Positions 6,636 to 13,656 of a stretch of DNA of 16,828 nt are shown piece by piece; the first letter of the stretch is position 1, and each line of letters begins with the position of its first letter. The DNA lies in NCBI GenBank assembly GCA_027460535.1, contig JAPZAR010000013.1, positions 1 to 16,828 of the forward strand, given 5' to 3'. The DNA is from Candidatus Methanoperedens sp. Lineage in GTDB: Archaea; Halobacteriota; Methanosarcinia; Methanosarcinales; Methanoperedenaceae. The notes beneath the pieces are model-generated. The model was not told where the DNA came from and ran no database searches. It was given only the letters and a program-made list of their open reading frames with translations. Made by a program: the position numbers and the translations under genes.

Positions 6636-6931
6636 TCATCACCGAGACTGCACGGATACATTTTCAACTTCTTCCACGTACAAATCAGGTTTTTCAGAAA
6701 CACCAGCCCGTTCCATCGTCTTTCGCAAATCCTCAGACTTGGCGAATTTTTTCGCCTTTCTAATGCTTTCCCATTCAAAGAGGATCACAGTCTCATTTCG
6801 GTTATCAGCATTACGGAAGAGACGTCCCCTTTGGAACCGTTTGCGTTGCGGGTGGCAGCGTGCTCATCGAACACAGTTTTCCACTTGGAATAGTCTTTGA
6901 CTTCATGACGTACAAGCTTAAGTGCCCTAAT
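6636..6931 (-). pseudogene. frameshifted ABM/Dabb-like small protein (intact length about 97 aa)
   Basis: One minus frame reads (I)RALKLVRHEVKDYSKWKTVFDEHAATRNANGSKG and then runs to a stop. The neighbouring frame continues GRLFRNADNRNETVILFEWESIRKAKKFAKSEDLRKTMERAGVSEKPDLYVEEVENVSVQSR, followed by TGA TGA (6636-6641). The frames join at a GGGG run (CCCC 6826-6829 on +), and adding one G restores a single ORF. The expected start position carries ATT (6929-6931), 5 nt after GGGAG (complement of 6937-6941). Confidence 0.65.
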
Positions 6932-7238
6932 TTATACTCCCAAACTAATACAGGATTCTTTTGTACTTAAGCATTTCTTCTAATTCAGTATCTCCAGGAG
7001 AATAGTTGTGTTACTATTATAATAATCCAAAAACGAGTAAGACTCAGGTAATGACGGAGGCATGTTATAATTAATAAAACTGATGCAAACTTTAATCATG
7101 CAAAATCTCTTGGCATTATTTCGGTACGGGCTTATTATCATCAAAGCATAATACACTCGAACGTGTTTATTGATCGTTTTCATTAGCCTTAAAAAAAGAA
7201 AGATTGAAATCATTAGACTGCGGGTTCAGTATGTTAAA

Positions 7239-7889
7239 ATGAATTTTAAAGAATGGGAACCAATTTACAAAGAAATACTCTGCGATTTCGGATGGAGACG
7301 TGAGAGTGATGAACAAGCTGCCAGGTTATTGTCAAGACTGCTTTCAGGGAAATCCATTGATATAACCGAGCTAAGGGATAGAATTAAAGGAAAAGATGTT
7401 CTTGTATGCGGTAACGCGCCCACTCTTTCGCAGGACCTTGAAAAAACCGATGTGAAGCGATACATGATAATAGCGGCGGACGGCGCAACAAGTACGCTTC
7501 TGGAAAAAGGCATTGTACCCGATATAATCGTCACTGACCTTGATGGCGATATACCGGATGAGATTGAAGCCAGCAGGAGAGGTGCGATAATGGTAGTCCA
7601 TGCACACGGAGATAATATAGATAAGCTGAATATTGTAAAGGAATTGAGTAATGTCATAGGAACAACCCAATCAAAGCCTCTTTCAAACATATACAATTTT
7701 GGCGGGTTCAGCGACGGGGACAGATGCGTTTTTCTCGCACATGCGTTCGGAGCAAGAAATATCACTCTTATCGGCTTTTATTTTGAGGATGAGAACGTGA
7801 CGGAGATGAAAAAGAAAAAACTCAGGTGGGCGCGCAAGCTGATCGGGATGATACCGGGTGTAATCAATCGCAGTTCAGTCGCCGATTAA
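7239..7889 (+). CDS. mptE: 6-hydroxymethyl-7,8-dihydropterin pyrophosphokinase, archaeal MptE-like (DUF115)
   Basis: VLVCGNAPTLSQ, IIAADGATSTLLEKGIVPDIIVTDLDGD and VVHAHGDN match the remembered DUF115/MptE signature. The track ORF opens at TTG 7170, but the first ATG (7239, MNFKEWEPIYKEI) gives the usual length. Confidence 0.7.
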   Translation: MNFKEWEPIYKEILCDFGWRRESDEQAARLLSRLLSGKSIDITELRDRIKGKDVLVCGNAPTLSQDLEKTDVKRYMIIAADGATSTLLEKGIVPDIIVTDLDGDIPDEIEASRRGAIMVVHAHGDNIDKLNIVKELSNVIGTTQSKPLSNIYNFGGFSDGDRCVFLAHAFGARNITLIGFYFEDENVTEMKKKKLRWARKLIGMIPGVINRSSVAD

Positions 7890-7982
7890 ACCACAAATTA
7901 TAAAAGAGACTGTGTTAAATAGGGAAAAGTTTCCAGACGTTATGGTAGTCTGGAATCAAATTACCATAGGAGGAAGAAAGTA

Positions 7983-9119
7983 ATGGCACTGGATATAGGA
8001 ATTTCAATAGGGCTTTTTCTAATATTCCTGGTCGTATTGATCGGGCCGTTCAAGATTAAGATCATCGAACAGAATCTGGAAGTATTCCTGTTCATATGCG
8101 GCGTATTCGCGCTGACAATTGCCGGTTTCGTTGTAGGTCTGGAGTTTAAGGGAGTACCTATAGAAACAGGATGGAGCTGGGCAATCGTCAAAGAAGGATT
8201 AACCGCCCCCCTCAAGATCGCAGAAGTCTATGGTATCCCAATAGGGATCGTGCAGATAGTTCTGGTCGTGGGATTGATAATCTACAAGTGGCACGGGCCT
8301 ATCCACAGTGGAATCAGGAGAATGACCGAGGCGCTTTCCTTGAAGGTCATGGCTTTCATCCTGATCGCGGTCCTTGGTCTTGTTTCCAGTGTGATTTCCG
8401 CTATTCTTGCCGCCATAATTCTTGTAGAGATGGCAAACGCGATGCCGCTTTCCAGGAAATCAAAAGTGGATCTCGTGGTCATAGCATGCTTTTCCATCGG
8501 TCTTGGTGCAGCGCTCACACCTCTTGGGGAGCCGCTTTCAACTATTGCGATCTCTAAACTCTCAGGTCCACCTTACTATGCAGGATTCGATTATCTGATA
8601 AATCTGCTCGGGAAATACATTGTCCCAGGTATCATCGCTTACGGAATTGTCGGGATGTTCTTCCTGGGGAAAGTAGACCCAAAGGATCAGGGCCTGAAGG
8701 GAGAAGACTACAAAGAGACACTAAAAGATGTCATTATGAGAGCCGTCAAGGTCTATGTTTTCATTATGGCGCTCGTTTTTCTTGGTGATGGATTCAAACC
8801 TCTTATCATTACATACTTTACGCAAGTGCCCTCAGAGGCTCTCTACTGGGTCAATATGGTTTCGGCTATCCTCGATAATGCAACGCTGACAGCAGCAGAG
8901 ATAGGGCCGTCACTATCTCAGATTCAGATAGAGGCAGCGCTCATGGGACTTTTGATCGCAGGTGGTATGCTGATACCTGGAAATATCCCGAACATAATCT
9001 CAGCCGGAAAACTTGGGATCACAAGCAAAGAATGGGCAAGACTTGGAGTGCCACTCGGGCTTGTAACGATGGCAGTATATTTCGTCATCATCTTCGTTCC
9101 GGGTTATTTCGTAAAATGA
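7983..9119 (+). CDS. polytopic integral membrane transporter, possibly DUF1646/predicted cation transporter family
   Basis: 378 aa, with about ten or more hydrophobic segments throughout. RBS taGGAGGAAg at 7968-7977. The family call is from memory of Methanosarcinales DUF1646 proteins and is not verifiable here. Confidence 0.7.
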   Translation: MALDIGISIGLFLIFLVVLIGPFKIKIIEQNLEVFLFICGVFALTIAGFVVGLEFKGVPIETGWSWAIVKEGLTAPLKIAEVYGIPIGIVQIVLVVGLIIYKWHGPIHSGIRRMTEALSLKVMAFILIAVLGLVSSVISAILAAIILVEMANAMPLSRKSKVDLVVIACFSIGLGAALTPLGEPLSTIAISKLSGPPYYAGFDYLINLLGKYIVPGIIAYGIVGMFFLGKVDPKDQGLKGEDYKETLKDVIMRAVKVYVFIMALVFLGDGFKPLIITYFTQVPSEALYWVNMVSAILDNATLTAAEIGPSLSQIQIEAALMGLLIAGGMLIPGNIPNIISAGKLGITSKEWARLGVPLGLVTMAVYFVIIFVPGYFVK

Positions 9120-9167
9120 GTATGCGGCAAAGAACCAAAAAAGTCGGGGCACGGCCAACATGTCCCG

Positions 9168-9190
9168 TCTTTTCTTTTTCCTTTTTTCTA
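9168..9190 (+). terminator. oligo-T tract downstream of the transporter gene
   Basis: tcttttctttttccttttttcta: several T4-T6 runs about 50 nt after the stop, the usual archaeal termination signal. Confidence 0.45.
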
Positions 9191-9350
9191 TTACTTTGCT
9201 TTTAGCAATATAGTGCTTTATTGTTAAGAGGCAAATATTTTAAACCATAACATTATACTTAGGTATGATAGCAGGTTCGCAGGAGAAAAAAAGGGAAAAA
9301 CCCTGAAAGAAAAATGTAAATTGGAGTCTGCTGTCTAAGGAGGAAATCAA

Positions 9351-9623
9351 ATGAGTAAAGTTGTTCTAATGGATTTTTACGCTGAATGGTGCGGGCCATG
9401 TAAGATGCAAGACCCCATTAATGAAGAGATAAAGAAGAAATTTGGGGACAAGATCGAGATTAAAAAGATCGACGTAGATACAAACTATGAACTTGCCTCT
9501 AAATTCACGGTTCATGCAGTACCTACGCTGGTAATCGAGAAAGATGGCGCTGTTTTCAAGCGATACACAGGTGTGACCCGTGCGAACGTGCTGGAAGCCG
9601 ATCTGAACGCTGCCCTGAAATAA
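9351..9623 (+). CDS. trx: thioredoxin (short, 90 aa)
   Basis: FYAEWCGPCKM active-site motif, then cis-Pro context HAVPTLVI. RBS AAGGAGGA at 9338-9345. Confidence 0.9.
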   Translation: MSKVVLMDFYAEWCGPCKMQDPINEEIKKKFGDKIEIKKIDVDTNYELASKFTVHAVPTLVIEKDGAVFKRYTGVTRANVLEADLNAALK

Positions 9624-9633
9624 CGGGGTTTGC

Positions 9634-10614
9634 TTGAAACCTTTAATTGACCTTGGCGTACTGCCTATCAGGCACAAGACCAATAGAGGATTCAAGCCCC
9701 ACGTTTCATTGACTTTTAATCGGGAGAAAAGGATTGCTTTTGCAATAGACACCACGAACTCTCGCTTGGTTCAGCCCGATGCCTACCTGATCACCCATGC
9801 CCATTCGGACCATTATGGGAAATCTGCAATGCTCTCTGAAAGAGCGGTATGCTCAGAAGAGACCGCCCGCGCCCTTGAGATCCTTTATGGCAAGAAATAC
9901 GCAGGTCAGACCTTTAAGCTTGGCGAGACTATAAACGTCTGCGGGGTCGACGTGACTACCTATCCAACCCATCATACCATCGGTTCCACGGCCTTTTGCT
10001 GGCAAAACGAGGTCGGGACACGGATCCTTGTCACAGGAGATGTGAAAGATGCGAATGACCTGCCCGAATGTGATTGCCTGGTCACCGAAGCCAACTACGG
10101 GGATCCCGGGGACCCCAATTGTCATTTCCAGGATGACATCAGCTCATTCAGGGAAGCGGTCGAAACTTATGATGATATAGCTTTCGGCGCTTACGCTTTC
10201 GGGAAAGCACAGCGTGCCGTCAAGCTTCTGCGCGAGTCGGGTTACACCGGGGATATAGGCATGGATCCTGTATCGCTTGCTCTTACCAGAGGCCTGATGC
10301 AGGACATAGGGCATGTTGTGGATCTTGAGAGCGACTGCGGGATCCGCATAACCACGCCTGCTGAAATCCCATGGATCAGTGCCGCAAAGAAATTCATACT
10401 GACCGGAAGGCGTGATTACAGGATCCCAACGATAAACATCAGCGATCACATGGATGTTAACGGCTTGGTCGGAATGGTGCACCAGTGCGCCCCTGAAGCG
10501 GTAATCGTGTACCACCCGGCCGGTCACAGGCCGCTCAAGCTATCAGCTCATCTGAATAAATCAGGGATATACGCACGTGCACTTGAAGAGATAAATACCT
10601 GTATAGAAATATAA
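9634..10614 (+). CDS. metallo-beta-lactamase fold, beta-CASP family nuclease (short form, 326 aa)
   Basis: MBL motifs AIDT, HAHSDH, THHTIGSTAF and LVTGDVKD. Beta-CASP motifs A (LVTEANYG), B (ISDHMDVNGLVGMV) and C (VIVYHPAGH). The HxHxDH motif precedes the first ATG, so the gene must use a non-ATG start. TTG at 9634 is 10 nt after the trx stop and follows GGGG. Confidence 0.75.
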   Translation: MKPLIDLGVLPIRHKTNRGFKPHVSLTFNREKRIAFAIDTTNSRLVQPDAYLITHAHSDHYGKSAMLSERAVCSEETARALEILYGKKYAGQTFKLGETINVCGVDVTTYPTHHTIGSTAFCWQNEVGTRILVTGDVKDANDLPECDCLVTEANYGDPGDPNCHFQDDISSFREAVETYDDIAFGAYAFGKAQRAVKLLRESGYTGDIGMDPVSLALTRGLMQDIGHVVDLESDCGIRITTPAEIPWISAAKKFILTGRRDYRIPTINISDHMDVNGLVGMVHQCAPEAVIVYHPAGHRPLKLSAHLNKSGIYARALEEINTCIEI

Positions 10615-10755
10615 TTCTGGATGAGTAATCTGTAAGCAAGATTCATGAGTCAAGCTTCACTTTGAGCTAGTTCAGTCCTGGAAAATTTGAAATTTTAAAA
10701 ATTTACAATTCTCGATATCATTTTCCTTGAAGATCTGCTGATAATATTAGTTAAA

Positions 10756-11334
10756 TCATTTCCATATTTTCCCATTATAACTATTCGTAACAGGGCACCC
10801 AAGGCACCTATTTGAGATATGATGTGTACACTCCTTGCAGTTGCACCCGTTGCCGCAGGGCGGCGTGTCGCTGAAATCAAAGCTCATCTTCAACGGCATG
10901 ATCAGGTCCTTCATGGGTGTTATCACGATGCTGACCTCAGCGCTCATGACAAGTGGATTGTTTCTCAGGTGCCCGTCCACGATAGCTTCGAGCGTGGCAA
11001 TGTCCTCGCCAACGAAAAATAGGCACAGATTATGCTTCCCAGAAACGATAAGGCCATTCAGGAAATAAGGACAATCCTTGAAAATATCAAGGACGGATGA
11101 CGTGTTACTTGCTATCACGTCCACCTTTGCCATGTAAAGGTTCACTTTTTTCAGGTTCATGCCCACAACGTGCGCCAGCGCACCTTTTTGCTTGAGTTTG
11201 TGTATCCTGGCGCTGACAGATGGCTGGGAGATATTGAGTTTTTCAGCTATATCTTTCTGTGATATTTCAGGGTTTTTCTCGAGCAGGGATAGAACTTCCC
11301 TGTCCCTTTTGTCAAGATCAAGAAATTCTCGCAT
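10756..11334 (-). CDS. Lrp/AsnC-family transcriptional regulator with C-terminal Cys/His-rich extension
   Basis: HTH ISQKDIAEKLNISQPSVSARIHKLKQKG, followed by a RAM/AsnC_trans_reg-like domain (YMAKVDV...SAEVSIVITPMKD), then the tail CGNGCNCKECTHHISNRCLGCP. Confidence 0.8.
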   Translation of the reverse strand: MREFLDLDKRDREVLSLLEKNPEISQKDIAEKLNISQPSVSARIHKLKQKGALAHVVGMNLKKVNLYMAKVDVIASNTSSVLDIFKDCPYFLNGLIVSGKHNLCLFFVGEDIATLEAIVDGHLRNNPLVMSAEVSIVITPMKDLIMPLKMSFDFSDTPPCGNGCNCKECTHHISNRCLGCPVTNSYNGKIWK

Positions 11335-11338
11335 ATAA

Positions 11339-11354
11339 TCCTGAATTCTCAGGA
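11339..11354. promoter_or_regulatory. inverted repeat TCCTGA-attc-TCAGGA between the lrp-like start and its TATA-like element
   Basis: Perfect 6-bp arms with a 4-nt spacer, 5 nt upstream of the lrp-like ATG (11334). A minus-strand TATA-like tttatac lies at about 11358-11364. Candidate operator. Confidence 0.35.
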
Positions 11355-11451
11355 ATGTATAAATATCTTACCTATATCTTAAAATTTATTTCCTCAATAA
11401 TGCTATAAATTACAACCAATAGATTTATAAATTATCAAAGACAATCAATGC

Positions 11452-12171
11452 ATGAAAAATATGAAGAGAAAAATCGTATCTATAGATGAGGAGAAGTGTA
11501 ACGGCTGCGGCCTATGTGTCCCAAACTGTGCCGAAGGGGCGATAAAGATCATTGATGGAAAGGCAAAACTCGTGGATGACATGTTCTGCGATGGCCTGGG
11601 GGCATGTCTCGGGCACTGCCCGCAGGACGCAATTACAGTAATTGAAAGGGATGCACCCGAATTCAATGAGGAAGCTGTGAGAGAACATCTGGGCACAGTG
11701 GCAAAAAAACCTGTTATGGTTTCGCATGCTCAACATTCATGCCCGGGAAGTATGGCAATGGACTTCAGGAGCGAGAAAAAAGCAGCAGGTGGCTCCGGGA
11801 GGCAGACCGGGCAATTGAGACAGTGGCCCGTGCAATTAACCCTTGTTTCCCCGGAGGCGCCATATTTTGGGGACTCGGAACTTCTCGTGGCGGCAGACTG
11901 CGTCCCATTCGCTTACCCGAATTTCCATACGGACTTCCTTGCAGGAAAATCACTGGTCATAGGCTGTCCGAAACTTGATGATGCGGAATATTATGCAGAT
12001 AAGCTCACAGAGATACTTAAGAAAAACAATGTTAAAAGTATCACGCTTGCCAATATGGAAGTGCCCTGCTGTTTTGGATTGCAGAGTATAGTTGAAGAGG
12101 CTGTGAAGAGATCCGGGAAGGTTCTTCCGATCCGCCAGACAGTAATAACAATAAGAGGAGAGAAACAATAG
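11452..12171 (+). CDS. 4Fe-4S dicluster (ferredoxin-type) domain protein with a Cys-containing C-terminal domain of unknown function
   Basis: CNGCGLCVPNC and CDGLGACLGHCP motifs in the first 60 aa. The C-terminal half carries AADCVPF, IGCPKLDD and EVPCCFG. TATA-like atttataaa at 11423-11431 lies about 25 nt before the ATG. Confidence 0.75.
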   Translation: MKNMKRKIVSIDEEKCNGCGLCVPNCAEGAIKIIDGKAKLVDDMFCDGLGACLGHCPQDAITVIERDAPEFNEEAVREHLGTVAKKPVMVSHAQHSCPGSMAMDFRSEKKAAGGSGRQTGQLRQWPVQLTLVSPEAPYFGDSELLVAADCVPFAYPNFHTDFLAGKSLVIGCPKLDDAEYYADKLTEILKKNNVKSITLANMEVPCCFGLQSIVEEAVKRSGKVLPIRQTVITIRGEKQ

Positions 12172-12175
12172 GGCA

Positions 12176-12502
12176 ATGGGCTGCGTTGATGAACTAGAAT
12201 ATGAGGTATTGCTTGCGAGCAGTACAATTGCGGAATGTGCGGATTACATAAAGAAGAACTTTAAAGAAATATATTATGTGCATCAGGGCTATAAGATTTT
12301 CAATACTTACTTGATAGGTAGCAACCCGATCCCTGTTGCTGTAGACGATGATCACGTCATCATGCCTTATGTTAAGCCATGCCAGGGAAGTTTTGTCTTG
12401 AGGATAAAAGGAAAAGATGAAGTTGAGAGGCTTAGGGCAGGAAGAGATAATCCGTATTATACCAGTTTAAATCATCTCAAACCCGGCCAATCCCACAGTT
12501 GA
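12176..12502 (+). CDS. hypothetical protein (108 aa)
   Basis: The ATG is 4 nt after the stop of the Fe-S gene, so co-transcription is likely. No recognisable motif. Confidence 0.45.
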   Translation: MGCVDELEYEVLLASSTIAECADYIKKNFKEIYYVHQGYKIFNTYLIGSNPIPVAVDDDHVIMPYVKPCQGSFVLRIKGKDEVERLRAGRDNPYYTSLNHLKPGQSHS

Positions 12503-12572
12503 AGATAGGAGTTACACATGTTCTGGCGGAAAACTATCTTATTCGTGAATGTATCTATTCTTGATTTCAGTT

Positions 12573-12761
12573 TTAATATTTATACCTTAAAGGGACCCTC
12601 GAGATGACTCTGTTTTCTGGAACCTTGTAAGCCCATCTACAGAAACCATTTACATAGAGCGTAGCTTCGTTTCTACCGTTTTCAACAAATTGGACATTTC
12701 CTTCCTGCACTTCGCCGGATTCAAGTTTAAATCTTACATTATCTCCAATAGAGCATTTCAT
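12573..12761 (-). CDS. hypothetical small protein (62 aa), probably beta-rich
   Basis: The ATG is preceded by GGGGTGA (complement of 12766-12772). The composition looks protein-like (MKCSIGDNVRFKLESGEVQEGNVQFVENGR...). No family recognised. Confidence 0.45.
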   Translation of the reverse strand: MKCSIGDNVRFKLESGEVQEGNVQFVENGRNEATLYVNGFCRWAYKVPENRVISRVPLRYKY

Positions 12762-12923
12762 AAGTTCACCCCACTAATCTGAACACGATTGCCATTGGTG
12801 CGAGCCTATAAAAACTTTTTGTTTTTTTATGGAGCCGGCAATTCTATACCGATACAAACCCGTGTTCTCAATATTATAAGAATTATATCGCCACGTGCAT
12901 ACCATTTACATATGCTATCTCAA

Positions 12924-12936
12924 CCGATAGTTTAAA
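12924..12936 (+). promoter_or_regulatory. BRE/TATA-like promoter element of the rpl1 operon (CCGATAGTTTAAA)
   Basis: TTTAAA preceded by a purine-rich BRE-like CCGATAG, about 80 nt upstream of the rpl1 start. The identical 13-mer recurs upstream of the 16S gene (15846-15858). Confidence 0.5.
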
Positions 12937-12971
12937 GTACTATATAGTTGAAAAGAGTACCTCCCTATCAT

Positions 12972-13007
12972 CCGTAGGAGACATTGATAGTCGACTACTA
13001 CGGGAGG
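12972..13007 (+). promoter_or_regulatory. leader hairpin overlapping the rpl1 Shine-Dalgarno; candidate L1 autoregulatory site
   Basis: CCGTAGGAG (12972-12980) pairs with CTACTACGG (12995-13003) with one G/A mismatch and a 14-nt loop. The 3' arm runs into GGGAGG (13002-13007). Confidence 0.3.
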
Positions 13008-13014
13008 AATCTTA

Positions 13015-13656
13015 TTGGAACATGAAACGATAGTAACAGCTGTGAAACAGGCATTAGAAAAAGCTCCACAGCGTAAATTTTCAGAAAGTATTGACCTGGC
13101 GATCAATCTTAAAAATCTTGATATGAACCAGCCGCAGAACAGGTTCGACGAAGAGATCATCCTGCCGCACGGCGTGGGTAAACCGATCAAGATCGCGGTA
13201 TTTGCAAAAGGTGAGACCGCCCAGAGGGCAAAAGCGGCAGGTGCTGATTATGTTTTTGATCCTGAGGAAATCAATGTGCTCGGAGAAGACAAAGCAAGGG
13301 CAAAAACCCTTGCCGAAGAAGTCAATTTTTTTATCTCAGAGTCGGCATACATGCCAATAATTGGTAAAACCCTTGGTCAGGTACTCGGTCCCAGGGGAAA
13401 AATGCCCATACCCCTGACCCCGGATAAGGATATTGTCCAGATAATCAACAAGTCAAAGAACTCAATTAAGGTGAGATCCAAGGATAAGATGACATTCCAC
13501 ATCTCGATCGGAAGAAAGGAAATGGACCCGGTGAAGGTATCGGAGAATGTCGAGGCTATAATAAATCGTATAGAGCACAAGTACGAACGCGGCCTATATA
13601 ATGTTAAATCGGTGTATGTTAAAACGACCATGGGGCCATCAGTGAGGGTGATTTAA
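13015..13656 (+). CDS. rpl1: 50S ribosomal protein L1 (uL1)
   Basis: KQALEKAPQRKFSESIDLAINLK and MPIIGKTLGQVLGPRGKMPIPL are typical uL1 sequences. TTG start at 13015 follows GGGAGGAA. The only nearby ATG (13022) is out of frame. Confidence 0.9.
   Translation: MEHETIVTAVKQALEKAPQRKFSESIDLAINLKNLDMNQPQNRFDEEIILPHGVGKPIKIAVFAKGETAQRAKAAGADYVFDPEEINVLGEDKARAKTLAEEVNFFISESAYMPIIGKTLGQVLGPRGKMPIPLTPDKDIVQIINKSKNSIKVRSKDKMTFHISIGRKEMDPVKVSENVEAIINRIEHKYERGLYNVKSVYVKTTMGPSVRVI

Noticed and set aside
6586-6900. 104-aa + strand ORF
   Set aside because: It is antisense to the ABM-like pseudogene, whose two minus-strand frames give recognisable protein sequence. The + frame is Ser/Phe/Arg-rich junk that overlaps the start of the neighbouring gene.
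6980-7213. 77-aa minus-strand ORF
   Set aside because: It lies in the AT-rich promoter region between divergent genes. Its Ile/Asn/Tyr/Phe-rich composition is typical of AT-rich non-coding DNA.
7265-7765. 166-aa and 99-aa minus-strand ORFs
   Set aside because: They are antisense to the well-supported mptE-like gene and have no RBS or motifs.
10695-10880. 61-aa minus-strand ORF
   Set aside because: It overlaps the 3' end of the Lrp-like gene in another frame and is Ala/Arg-rich.
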